Shown here: positions 30,093 through 39,303 of the stretch, one piece after another
Position numbering within the stretch: position 1 is the first letter of the stretch
Layout: each line of letters starts with the position of its first letter
From: an uncultured Bdellovibrio sp.
GTDB lineage: Bacteria; Bdellovibrionota; Bdellovibrionia; Bdellovibrionales; Bdellovibrionaceae
Assembly (NCBI GenBank): GCA_964505225.1
Contig: CAZDHC010000001.1
Location: 1 to 59,059, forward strand
Length of the DNA stretch: 59,059 nt
Reading direction: 5' to 3'
The notes under the pieces: model-generated
Database searches by the model: none
The model's input: the letters and a program-made list of their open reading frames with translations, nothing else
Told to the model about the DNA's origin: nothing
Made by a program: the position numbers and the translations under genes

Positions 30093-31055
30093 ATGGAGCA
30101 AAAATCATTTTCGACTTTTTTCAAGGCTCACTATTTAAAAGTTCTGCTATTGTCGTTTTCAATCACAGTTTTCACGTTTCTTCTTTTCCCATTTGACGAT
30201 TTGGGTGACCTAGTCACGTCGCAGGTATATGACAAAAGCAATAAACGAATTTATGTCCAATTTGATAGATTGCACTTAAGCCTATTCCCAGAATCTGGCA
30301 TTGCTCTGGACGAAGTCTATTTAGAAGCCACTGGCGTCCCCGCATTGAAAGCCAAAGAATTGGTTTTCACACCAAGCCTTTCTTCTTTGATGAGCTCAAA
30401 GCCTGCAGGCAGCGTTGCCTTAAAGGGGTTTTTACAAGGAAACATTGAAGCCTCTTTGAAACCCGCAGGAAAGTCTGAAAATGGAGTCATTCGCGATCGA
30501 ATCACTTTGTCAGCCAAGCAAATCTCCTTAAGCGAAATTCGCGAAATGGCGCAACTTCCCGTGATGCTTAAAGGCAGCATCAACCTCGATTCAACTGCGA
30601 CCGCAGATTTAACCTTTCAAGAACAACCCGACATGGATTTGACTTTGAAAATTGATAAATTTGAACTTCCTCCTTCAAACGTCCAAACTCCGATGGGTCC
30701 GATCACTTTACCAGACCTAAAACTTTCTTCAGTGGAATTAAAAGGACGATTGTCATCGGGAAGATTTCAAATTGAAGAAGGCTTGATCGGAAAAGATCAA
30801 GACGAAATCAGAGGCACTATTAAGGGTGGAATCGCCATGACTATCAAACAACAAGGCGGAGTCATTTATCCCGTGATAGGTGGTTATGATTTTAACGTTG
30901 ATTTGAACATTAAAAAAAGCTTTCAAGATCGCGCTGCTTTATTTTTAAGCTTCATTGATCAACACAAAACCAACACCGCCGATGGCGCTCGGTATGCCTT
31001 CAAACTCAACGCCACAAGCTCTTCAGTGCCTCCAAGCATTAACCCTTTGCGTTAG
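30093..31055 (+). CDS. gspN: Type II secretion system protein GspN (long form)
   Basis: 320 aa with an N-terminal TM segment (VLLLSFSITVFTFLLFPF). It is the last gene of the gsp operon and starts at the base after the gspM stop. Confidence 0.5.
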   Translation: MEQKSFSTFFKAHYLKVLLLSFSITVFTFLLFPFDDLGDLVTSQVYDKSNKRIYVQFDRLHLSLFPESGIALDEVYLEATGVPALKAKELVFTPSLSSLMSSKPAGSVALKGFLQGNIEASLKPAGKSENGVIRDRITLSAKQISLSEIREMAQLPVMLKGSINLDSTATADLTFQEQPDMDLTLKIDKFELPPSNVQTPMGPITLPDLKLSSVELKGRLSSGRFQIEEGLIGKDQDEIRGTIKGGIAMTIKQQGGVIYPVIGGYDFNVDLNIKKSFQDRAALFLSFIDQHKTNTADGARYAFKLNATSSSVPPSINPLR

Positions 31056-31211
31056 TGGCCGTCTTTCGGATCGCCTAACCCATTATAATAACTTAACTCT
31101 GTCCCCGGTCGCTGCCAAGTCTTGCACTCGGTTGTTGACACTTTAACCCCGCAGAAAAAGACTGTGGGCCATCAAATGCTCAATCAGGTGATTGGGTGGA
31201 AAGGAAGAATC

Positions 31212-31655
31212 ATGTCAGGAGTAAACAAAGTCATTCTAGTAGGCCGATTGGGAGCAGATCCCGAAATTAAATCGGTTGGAAACAGCCAATCTGTGGCTCG
31301 CTTAAGTGTTGCAACGAGCGAAGCATGGACTGGTAAGGATGGACAAAAACAAGAGCGCACCGAATGGCACCGAGTTGTTGTTTGGGGACGTCAAGCCGAG
31401 AACTGCGCAAAGCACCTTTCAAAAGGTCGCCAAGTTTATGTTGAAGGCCGTTTGCAAACAAGATCTTGGGAAGATCAAAGTGGACAAAAAAAATATGCCA
31501 CTGAAATCGTTGCCAACACAGTTCAGTTCCTAGGAGCTGGCGCTGGTGCAGAACGATCACAAGGCAATTCATATGGTGGGGCATCTGCTGAAGGCTTCAA
31601 TGACTTCGGACCAGAACCTTCATTTGATCAGTCTGCTGACGAAATCCCTTTTTAA
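31212..31655 (+). CDS. ssb: Single-stranded DNA-binding protein
   Basis: The track ORF 31122 overshoots. ATG 31212 is preceded by [27 protein letters not shown]-fold start and an acidic tail ending DEIPF. Confidence 0.92.
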   Translation: MSGVNKVILVGRLGADPEIKSVGNSQSVARLSVATSEAWTGKDGQKQERTEWHRVVVWGRQAENCAKHLSKGRQVYVEGRLQTRSWEDQSGQKKYATEIVANTVQFLGAGAGAERSQGNSYGGASAEGFNDFGPEPSFDQSADEIPF

Positions 31656-31694
31656 TCTAGATTTGCTAAAATAAAACTAGACTTAAGAATGTTT

Positions 31695-31727
31695 AAAAAC
31701 CTCGATCTATGATCGAGGTTTTTTTTT
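31695..31727 (+). terminator. Rho-independent terminator downstream of ssb
   Basis: AAAAACCTCGATC-TAT-GATCGAGGTTTTTTTTT. A perfect 8-bp GC-containing stem (up to 13 bp counting A:U pairs) followed by a T-run. Confidence 0.75.
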
Positions 31728-31753
31728 GCCCTTCAAAGTTCTACAATAATTTC

Positions 31754-32059
31754 ATGGCGTTAAATACTTCAGTCTCATTTTTTAAGTCCGCACTTTTTTT
31801 GATCTCACTGACTTTTATCATTTCTTCTTGTTCGGTTTATCGCTCCACCGGCAGAAAAAGTTTCGAGACCAAAGCTTCACAAAATAATGTGACGACATCA
31901 GCCGCTCCTTTGCACGCTGAAGACCTTGTTGCCGAAGATCTTTGTTGGACCCAACCGTCCAACGAACCCATCTGGAATCTTGAACACACAAATTCAAACG
32001 AAAACTCGCTCATCGTGACCAAACTCAACCAGGAAGAAATTCAAGTATGCGCACAATAG
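31754..32059 (+). CDS. Hypothetical lipoprotein
   Basis: ATG 31754 gives MALNTSVSFFKSALFLISLTFIISSC, a signal peptide plus lipobox. The longer ORF from 31709 would begin inside the terminator. Confidence 0.5.
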   Translation: MALNTSVSFFKSALFLISLTFIISSCSVYRSTGRKSFETKASQNNVTTSAAPLHAEDLVAEDLCWTQPSNEPIWNLEHTNSNENSLIVTKLNQEEIQVCAQ

Positions 32060-32994
32060 CCACTGCTCTAACAGCTCTATTATTTGCAAGCACTTCTCAA
32101 ACTTTTGCGGCATCCGTCAGTCAACTTAAAGGCTCAAAAGCTTTGATCCAACTTGAGGGTGACTCAGCAAATGCCGGCGACGAGTTCTATGTCTTAGATA
32201 GCAATGGCAAAAGAAAAGCCATCATTAAAATTTCACAAATCAAAGGCGATAAAGCCATTGCCGAAATCATCAAAGGTGATGCGATGCTAGGTGGAATTTT
32301 AAAGCCTCGCACGAATAGCAATTCTGAAAACCAAGAGCCTGCTCAACGACCAGCAGCCAAATCAGATAAGAAAAAGAAAACAGATTCGCAATCTGAAGAA
32401 GAAAGCTCAAGCGGTGGCGCGACTTCTTTTCTAAAACGAAAGAAAATCGTTGGCGGAGTCTTGGGCGGCTACGCGATGAACTCGATGAAATTGACCGTGC
32501 AAAATCCAAACGCTCCTTCAATCAAAGAAGATGTCACACTGACCGATTCCAGCTTTTCAGTAAAAGGTTTTGCTGATTATGATTTCAGCTCTACGTTTAC
32601 CGTTCGCGCTGCCTCGGGTCTTGAGACCTTTGCAGTAAAAGGTACGACGTCAGCCGCGATTTGTGACAACGGAAATTCGACCAGCTGTACAGTTTCCTTC
32701 GTGTATTTACCATTTGAAGCTTCGGCTCACTACAACTTCATGACTGGAAAAACTCGCGCCTGGGCCGGCATTGGATACTCGTTTTTATTTCAATTAAGTA
32801 AAACCGTTTCCGTTCCTAACCTTTCTGCGGAAGGAACCACCAACCAAGAAATTTTGATTTCTGGTGGAGTGGACTACCCACTTTCAAAAGGCAAATTTAT
32901 CCCGGTGGTTTTAGAGTACGGAATGTTTCCGGGCTCTTCCAACGTGGTTGCGAGTGCCATTTACTTAAGAACTGGCTACGGGTTTAATTTTTAA
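32047..32994 (+). CDS. Putative outer-membrane beta-barrel protein with an N-terminal soluble domain and a Lys/Ser-rich linker
   Basis: 315 aa with a signal peptide (ALLFASTSQTFA). Alternating hydrophobic C-terminal half ending YGFNF, an aromatic OMP terminus. Confidence 0.5.
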   Translation: MRTIATALTALLFASTSQTFAASVSQLKGSKALIQLEGDSANAGDEFYVLDSNGKRKAIIKISQIKGDKAIAEIIKGDAMLGGILKPRTNSNSENQEPAQRPAAKSDKKKKTDSQSEEESSSGGATSFLKRKKIVGGVLGGYAMNSMKLTVQNPNAPSIKEDVTLTDSSFSVKGFADYDFSSTFTVRAASGLETFAVKGTTSAAICDNGNSTSCTVSFVYLPFEASAHYNFMTGKTRAWAGIGYSFLFQLSKTVSVPNLSAEGTTNQEILISGGVDYPLSKGKFIPVVLEYGMFPGSSNVVASAIYLRTGYGFNF

Positions 32995-34030
32995 AGATTT
33001 TGGCTTCTAGCTGCTCGAGCCAAGTCAGATGAACATCTGAAAATCGCCAGCCCAAATAAAGCTGAACTTCGGCGCTGACAAATTCGACTTTTGATTTTCC
33101 AAATTGAGAGCTGACGTTTTCGCCATTGTACATAAAACCACTGTGAAAATGTTCGGCATTGTAACCCAATCCAAATTTCACGTAAGAGCGCGCACTTCCG
33201 GTGGAAAGATTGTCATTGCCAAGCTCCCCTTCCAACCGAGTTTGCTGAGTCCCCAACCCCAAACCTAAAAGCCCACCAGCCACAAAGTTTCCATAAGTCA
33301 GTGAGTAAGCTCCGCCCAGGCCCGCGGACAAAGTTTTCACTGACACTCGCTTCACTTTATTCAAGTCCACATAGTAGCTTTGTAAGCTTGCAGGCACAAA
33401 AGGCGAATCGGCTTTCAGATCATTGTGATCATAAGTCATAAAGCCCAACCAAGCTCCACCACTTTTTTTCTGAAATACATCCAGTCCAAACGTTCCCGCC
33501 GGATGATAAGTGTCCGAATTGAAATTATAAATCAAATTGGCGCCGTAATGAATCAAACTCATATCCGGCCGTAAATACCGATTGCTAGAATCTGTGAAAT
33601 TGGAAATGACATTTTCCGAATTTTCCAGATAGTAGCCGCTATAGTGTTGATAAAAAAGTTCGGGCGTCCACTTGGCCCCAAAAAACCGAAAGCGAAAATC
33701 TTGAGTTTCAGAAACTCCATATTTTGCGGACTCTAAGTTGGTGTTGCCACTGGAGCCTGATGCAGACAATGCGAAACTGCCGTAAGACACTCGAACAAAA
33801 GACCGACTGCGAACATTGGGCTTGTAATTTAATTTTCTAAGCGAGGGATTGCTGCTGGAACTTTCATCTAAAAAATTCACATCTAAAGTGGGAACGCCGA
33901 CCCCAAATTGAAATCCCAAATCGCCATCATCGGTTTTTTGCCAATTTGAATCGGCTTTCGAGACCTGCGAAGTCAGAATGAGCGTTGTTAGAATTAAAGT
34001 TGTTAAAATCAGATTTCGAAGTTGCATCAT
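32984..34030 (-). CDS. Hypothetical secreted or outer-membrane beta-rich protein
   Basis: 348 aa. The signal peptide contains a LILTT LILTT LILTS triplication. Rich in Gly, Tyr, Ser and Asn, consistent with beta-strand character. Confidence 0.5.
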   Translation of the reverse strand: MMQLRNLILTTLILTTLILTSQVSKADSNWQKTDDGDLGFQFGVGVPTLDVNFLDESSSSNPSLRKLNYKPNVRSRSFVRVSYGSFALSASGSSGNTNLESAKYGVSETQDFRFRFFGAKWTPELFYQHYSGYYLENSENVISNFTDSSNRYLRPDMSLIHYGANLIYNFNSDTYHPAGTFGLDVFQKKSGGAWLGFMTYDHNDLKADSPFVPASLQSYYVDLNKVKRVSVKTLSAGLGGAYSLTYGNFVAGGLLGLGLGTQQTRLEGELGNDNLSTGSARSYVKFGLGYNAEHFHSGFMYNGENVSSQFGKSKVEFVSAEVQLYLGWRFSDVHLTWLEQLEAKIFKN

Positions 34031-34042
34031 AGATTATGTGAA

Positions 34043-36313
34043 TTAACTATCCGTTAATCGAGAAACGCCGATGACTCCACGAATTTTTTGTAGGTCAAAT
34101 ATCACTTGATTCAATTGCTGAGTGTTCTTCACGCTCACATCAAAAGTCGCCACGGCTTTCGAATCCCTGGTGGTTCTAACTTGAGCATTGTGAATATTAA
34201 TTCCTTGGGTCGCAAAGGCCTCGGACATAGATTTTAACAAACCTGGCATATCTTGAGAGATCACTCGCACTCGAACAATTCGTTCGTGTCCAGTGTCTGC
34301 CGAATTGGTGTTCCACTCGACATCCACCTTACGAATTTGATCAAATTCAAAGGCTTTTCGGCAATCGGTTCGATGCACAGTGATGCCCCGTCCCCGAGTG
34401 ATAAACCCAACGATGGCATCACCCGGAATTGGATTGCAACACCTTGCATAGTGAACCAAAACATCGTCCATACCACTGACTGCGATCAATGAGCCTGATT
34501 TACGGGCCTTTTGCGTAGCTGACTTGAAAACTGTTTGCAGAAATGAGGTTTTGTTATCTTTAGAATCTTTTCCGTCTTTGCTGTCTTTTACTTCTTTTGA
34601 GTCATCAGACTGATTGACCAATTCTGGCGCCAGACGCTCTAGCAAAACACGTGGCTCTAACTTTCCATAACCGACTCGAACTAAAACTTCGTCGTCATCA
34701 TGGATGCCGTGGTCCTTTTTAAACTTTTCAAAATACTCGCCTTTTAAGTATTTTGCGGATGGTTGACCAAATTTTCGAAACTCTCTTTCGAGCAATTCTT
34801 TTCCAAGCGAGTGCGAACGCTTTCGTTGCTCTTCTTTTACAAAGGCACGGATTTTTGTTTTCGCCTTATTGGTGACGCAAATTTTTAACCAGTCTTTACT
34901 TGGAACCTGAGTCTTAGAAGTAATGACCTCGATGCTGTCACCATTCTGCAAATGGTATTTGAGCGGCACCATTTTACCGTTGATGCGGGCACCAGTGATT
35001 CGATTTCCCAACTCGGTGTGAACGGCGTAGGCAAAATCAATCGGAGTCGCGCCTTCTGGAAATTCGCGCACTTCACCTTTTGGTGTGAACACATAGATCT
35101 CGTGCTCGAACAAATCAGTCTTTACGGTATCTAAAAACTCGTCCGAGTTTCCGACCTGCTGATGAAGGGAAACTAAATCCTTCAGCCAATCAAACTGTTC
35201 AGACGTTTCGTCGGTAATGTTACGACCACGTTCTTTATAGCGCCAGTGAGCCGCGATTCCGCGCTCGGCGACCAGGTGCATTTCCTTAGTTCGAATTTGA
35301 ATTTCGATTCGTTCTCCACCAGGTCCAATCACAGTGGTATGCAAAGACTGATAGTGATTGGTTTTAGGCATGGCGATGAAATCTTTGAAGCGACCTGGAA
35401 TCGGCTTGTACAACGAGTGCATCAATCCCAAAACTTCATAACACTGGGATAACGAGTCCACTAAGACCCGAAACGCCAACACATCGTACACTTGTTCATA
35501 ATCAATATTTCGAGATTCCATTTTTCGATAAATCGACCACAAGTGCTTGGTACGCCCTTGAACTTCGAAAGCCTTGTGGCCTGCTTTGTTCAATTCGACA
35601 TTGATCATCTTTCGAACTTCTTCGATGTAGTTCGCTTGAACTTTTTCTCGCTGCTCAACTTTTTGTTTCAGCTGATAATACATATCCGGACGCAAATATC
35701 GAAAGCTCAAATCCTCTAGCTCGATCTTGATACTGCTGATACCCATTCGACTTGCGAGCGGACAGTAGATCTCTAAAGTCTCTTGAGCAATTCGCGCTTG
35801 TTTTTCATAGGGCATGTGATTGAGCGTTCGCATGTTGTGCAATCGATCTGCTAGCTTCACCAAAATGACTCGAACATCTTTCCCCATGGCCACGATCATT
35901 TTTCGAATGTTTTCGCCTTGGCGCTCGGTCGAAGTCTTAAACTGCATTTTTGAAATCTTGGTCACGCCATCAACCAGAGCGGCGATGGTCTCGCCGAATT
36001 CGGCTTTCAGGCTATCCACAGTCGCGTGAGTGTCTTCAACTGTATCGTGCAATAGTCCAGTGGCCACCGAGTCCAAGTCCAGCTTTAGGTCTGCTAAAAT
36101 CCCTGCCACACTGAGCGGATGAGAAATATAGGGTTCACCTGAACGACGAATTTGACCTTCGTGAGCGGCCTCGGAAAAATGAAATGCTTTTTCAATTAAT
36201 TTTAAATCGGCATTGGGAAAATACTTAAGAATCTTTTGATTCAAGTCTTCCAATGTCCGCAGTGGACGGTCTTCTATTTTATCAGATGTAGTTTCAAAAT
36301 CAAAGCCAGCCAT
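34043..36313 (-). CDS. spoT: Bifunctional (p)ppGpp synthetase/hydrolase (RelA/SpoT homologue)
   Basis: 756 aa. HD motif HPLSVAGILA...LLHDTVEDT, synthetase GRTKHLWSIYRKM, TGS and C-terminal ACT-like regions. Confidence 0.92.
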   Translation of the reverse strand: MAGFDFETTSDKIEDRPLRTLEDLNQKILKYFPNADLKLIEKAFHFSEAAHEGQIRRSGEPYISHPLSVAGILADLKLDLDSVATGLLHDTVEDTHATVDSLKAEFGETIAALVDGVTKISKMQFKTSTERQGENIRKMIVAMGKDVRVILVKLADRLHNMRTLNHMPYEKQARIAQETLEIYCPLASRMGISSIKIELEDLSFRYLRPDMYYQLKQKVEQREKVQANYIEEVRKMINVELNKAGHKAFEVQGRTKHLWSIYRKMESRNIDYEQVYDVLAFRVLVDSLSQCYEVLGLMHSLYKPIPGRFKDFIAMPKTNHYQSLHTTVIGPGGERIEIQIRTKEMHLVAERGIAAHWRYKERGRNITDETSEQFDWLKDLVSLHQQVGNSDEFLDTVKTDLFEHEIYVFTPKGEVREFPEGATPIDFAYAVHTELGNRITGARINGKMVPLKYHLQNGDSIEVITSKTQVPSKDWLKICVTNKAKTKIRAFVKEEQRKRSHSLGKELLEREFRKFGQPSAKYLKGEYFEKFKKDHGIHDDDEVLVRVGYGKLEPRVLLERLAPELVNQSDDSKEVKDSKDGKDSKDNKTSFLQTVFKSATQKARKSGSLIAVSGMDDVLVHYARCCNPIPGDAIVGFITRGRGITVHRTDCRKAFEFDQIRKVDVEWNTNSADTGHERIVRVRVISQDMPGLLKSMSEAFATQGINIHNAQVRTTRDSKAVATFDVSVKNTQQLNQVIFDLQKIRGVIGVSRLTDS

Positions 36314-36448
36314 AGGTGATAGGTCTTTATCGGCTCTTGATTAAAATGACGTAGTCCAATTTGAAAAAAACTGTAAAAAATAATCAGAAAAACAGAGCAA
36401 ATTCGAAAAATTATGATTCGAGCAAGTCTTCGCAAGAACCGCGAACAA

Positions 36449-36688
36449 TTACTTGTTTAAATCTTGTTCGATTTGATCTTCTGGAGATCCTCGCTCTAGG
36501 TCGATAGTCAATACAACGTTACCAGCAGCAACTTCGCGAAGAGCACCAACGATATACTTGTTACCTTTAGTCGCAACAGTAAGGTCAGAACCTTTCAAAA
36601 GCTGTTTTGCGCGTTTTGCAACTAGCAAAACCAAAGCAAAGCGATTTGGAACTTTATCGAGACAATCTTCAACGGTTACACGAGCCAT
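36449..36688 (-). CDS. rpoZ: DNA-directed RNA polymerase omega subunit
   Basis: 79 aa. [30 protein letters not shown]. Confidence 0.9.
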   Translation of the reverse strand: MARVTVEDCLDKVPNRFALVLLVAKRAKQLLKGSDLTVATKGNKYIVGALREVAAGNVVLTIDLERGSPEDQIEQDLNK

Positions 36689-36748
36689 GAGTTCTCCAAT
36701 ACAATAAGCGCCTTGCGCTATACTTAAATCGAGCTTGAAAAAGTACTT

Positions 36749-37330
36749 CTATCTTAGCAATTCTTCAACGATTTTTTTGAATTCCATGTAGGATCTTTGA
36801 AAATCATCATTGATCAGTTTGAAATCGAAGTCCCCAACGAAGGTCATCTCACGCTCGGCGTTCATCATGCGGATTTCTAGGTCTTCCGGGACCTTTCCAT
36901 CTCGCTTGATCACTCTTCGACGCAGTTCGTCAATGCTGGGTGGAAGAATGAAAACGGACTTCGCATCTGGGTATTTCGCCCTGAATGTAGCCGCACCCTG
37001 AACATCGACGTCCATGATGATGCAGCGATTGGCAGCCCAAGCTTTTTCCAATTGCTCTAACGGAGTTCCGTAAAAGTTATTATGAACCTGGGCATATTCG
37101 ACGAAATAGTTTTTATCGATCAAACTTTTAAATTCTGAAAGACTGACAAAATGGTAGGGATGCCCTTGGGACTCGCCCGCCCGCATCGCCCTGGTAGTGA
37201 AGGTAATGGTGTCTTCAAGACGAGGCTCTTCTTTGCAAATTCGTTCAACAAAGCTGCTCTTTCCCGCTCCGCTGGGTGCTGCAACTATGATCATGCGAGT
37301 TTTCAAAGTCTTCATTCCCAGCCCTGTCAC
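36749..37330 (-). CDS. gmk: Guanylate kinase
   Basis: 193 aa (the true start may be an internal Met a few codons in). P-loop APSGAGKSS, TTRAMRAGE and YGT motifs. Confidence 0.9.
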   Translation of the reverse strand: MTGLGMKTLKTRMIIVAAPSGAGKSSFVERICKEEPRLEDTITFTTRAMRAGESQGHPYHFVSLSEFKSLIDKNYFVEYAQVHNNFYGTPLEQLEKAWAANRCIIMDVDVQGAATFRAKYPDAKSVFILPPSIDELRRRVIKRDGKVPEDLEIRMMNAEREMTFVGDFDFKLINDDFQRSYMEFKKIVEELLR

Positions 37331-37353
37331 ACTAGTTAAACTTTTTTAGTCAA

Positions 37354-38232
37354 TCACTCTAAGTTCTGAACCTGTTCCCGTAATCTTTCAATAAGTGTCT
37401 TAGCCTGTACCACGATCTGAGTCAGTTTGGAAACACTGGATTTTGAACCGATGGTATTCACCTCTCGCAGCAATTCTTGAGTGTAAAAATCAAGCTTTTT
37501 GCCCTGCGCGCCAGCTGCCGAGAACAACTGATGATAGTTTTTCAAATGCTCACGCAACCTTGTCAGCTCTTCATTGATGTCAGATTTTTCTAGCTGAATC
37601 ACAACCTCTTGCGACAATCTTGTCGAATCAATCTCCATCCCCGTCAGCCGAGATTTGATTTTTTGCTCAAATCGAGCCAATAGGTTTTGGTTCACCTCTT
37701 CGCGAACGGTTTGAATCTCTTCAACCTCGTTTGCTAGTTTTTTTAGCACATCTTCTAAATCATCCCGGATCGACTTACCTTCCCGCTTTTTCTCGGCGTC
37801 ACAGGCTTTGCAGGCCTTATCAAATGCCTGAAGCAGAGCTTTTTTCTCGGCCCCAGAAATTTCGCCAGCGTCTTCGATCTTGATGACATCCGGAAGTCTG
37901 GCTATGGTTTCGACATGAAACTGAGCCTTAATCTTAAGCTCTTTAGCGATGGTTTTATAGGCCTGGTGATACTTTTTCGCCAACTCTTTGTTCACGATCA
38001 CTTCGCTGCCTGAACCAGAAAGCTTAACCCGACGATTGACGAAAATATCTAAAGTTCCGCGTTCAAAATATTCGTTGATGATTTTCTTGAGATCACTTTC
38101 AAAGCCGACAAATTCTCGGGGTAAATGAAACCGGGTCTCTAAAAATCGACCGTTGACGGCCCGAACGCTGACTTCAATTTGGCTGGTGGGCGTCTGAATT
38201 TTGCTGAGCCCATAACCTGTCATACTTTTCAT
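37354..38232 (-). CDS. yicC: YicC-family stress-induced protein
   Basis: 292 aa. MKSMTGYG N-terminus and C-terminal EVNTIGSKS motif. Confidence 0.85.
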   Translation of the reverse strand: MKSMTGYGLSKIQTPTSQIEVSVRAVNGRFLETRFHLPREFVGFESDLKKIINEYFERGTLDIFVNRRVKLSGSGSEVIVNKELAKKYHQAYKTIAKELKIKAQFHVETIARLPDVIKIEDAGEISGAEKKALLQAFDKACKACDAEKKREGKSIRDDLEDVLKKLANEVEEIQTVREEVNQNLLARFEQKIKSRLTGMEIDSTRLSQEVVIQLEKSDINEELTRLREHLKNYHQLFSAAGAQGKKLDFYTQELLREVNTIGSKSSVSKLTQIVVQAKTLIERLREQVQNLE

Positions 38233-38328
38233 TTTTCTACCCTTTACCTAATCTTCAATTTTCTAATCTCTATGGTCGAATTAACCCAACAATCCGTCAA
38301 TACCGCAGGGACGACCGTCGGAAAAACC

Positions 38329-39303
38329 CTACTTTTCCCCTGTCAGCCACTCAGATATTATGTTTCGCCCAGTGGCCTCGTCGTTCATTTTTAACCACTG
38401 AATTTGCTGATCTCGTTGAAACCAAGTTCGTTGTTTTTTGGCCAAACGAAGGGTGTTTTGCACGATCAAATCTTGCAAATTTTTGAGCTCGTTTTTTTCA
38501 ATTTCTGGCCAATTTTTGGAAGCTTTTTTGAGCTTCAAAAACTGCACAGTTTCTAAATATCCGACGCTGGAAAGTGGCGCCCAATTTTCTAGATTTTGCT
38601 CAAGCAGACCCTCAACTTCTTTGATCAAACCGGCCGCCAACATATTTTTTGTTCGTAAAAGGACACCCGGCTCAAGCTCTTGCCTTGAAGCTTTGATCCC
38701 CAGTTTTAAAAGTGGAAATGGAAATGGTTCCACCTCGTTTTCGAACTTTTTTTTCACTTCAGATATCGGCTTGCCATGATAACGTATCACCTCAATAGCT
38801 CGCCCTAACCTATAGTGATCATTGATCGAAATCTTTGCGGCAGACTCGGGATCGGCCTTTTTAAGCTCCTCATGCAAACGCTCGGGTCCGCCTAAGACTT
38901 CAAGTTCTGCTTCAACTTTTTCTTGCGTCTGTTGATCGGCTTTTCCGATGCTGTACATGCCTTTTTCGATGGCCTGAAAATAAAAACCGGTTCCACCCAC
39001 AACAAAAACGATGGGGAATTTTTTTTCGATCTTTTCTAAAAGTGCAAAGAAATCTCGTCGATATTCACCGGCCGTCATCTCTTGTCCAGGGGGCACATAA
39101 TCGAACAAAAAGTGAGGTACTTTTTGAAACTCTTCGGCGCTCGGTTTTGCCGATCCAATGTCGACGGATTTGAACAACTGAATGCTGTCACAATTGATGA
39201 TGGCCCCAGAAAATTCTTGAGCCCATTTTAAGGCCAAAGCGGATTTTCCCGAAGCCGTCGGTCCGACTACAAAAACAACTTTGAGTTTAGACAATGCGAC
39301 CAA
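38329..39303 (-). CDS. miaA: tRNA dimethylallyltransferase
   Basis: 324 aa. VVGPTASGKSALAL P-loop, DSIQLFKSVDIGSAKP and GGTGFY motifs. Confidence 0.9.
   Translation of the reverse strand: MVALSKLKVVFVVGPTASGKSALALKWAQEFSGAIINCDSIQLFKSVDIGSAKPSAEEFQKVPHFLFDYVPPGQEMTAGEYRRDFFALLEKIEKKFPIVFVVGGTGFYFQAIEKGMYSIGKADQQTQEKVEAELEVLGGPERLHEELKKADPESAAKISINDHYRLGRAIEVIRYHGKPISEVKKKFENEVEPFPFPLLKLGIKASRQELEPGVLLRTKNMLAAGLIKEVEGLLEQNLENWAPLSSVGYLETVQFLKLKKASKNWPEIEKNELKNLQDLIVQNTLRLAKKQRTWFQRDQQIQWLKMNDEATGRNIISEWLTGEK

Noticed and set aside
17279-31055. Could the pseudopilin/ATPase/secretin cluster be a type IV pilus operon?
   Set aside because: The presence of GspC (PDZ), the four minor pseudopilins H-I-J-K in canonical order, GspL/M/N, and the absence of PilT, PilN, PilO, PilP and PilQ-type organisation all favour a T2SS.
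31080-31145. TATAAT (31084-31089) and TTGACA (31135-31140) hexamers upstream of ssb as a promoter
   Set aside because: The two hexamers are in the wrong order and spacing to form one sigma-70 promoter, and neither has a good partner element at 16-18 bp. Too weak to call.
34540-34610. Low-complexity KDSKDGKDSKDNK insert in the RelA/SpoT homologue
   Set aside because: It lies in the poorly conserved linker between the TGS-helical and C-terminal regulatory regions, where lineage-specific inserts are common. No evidence of separate function.
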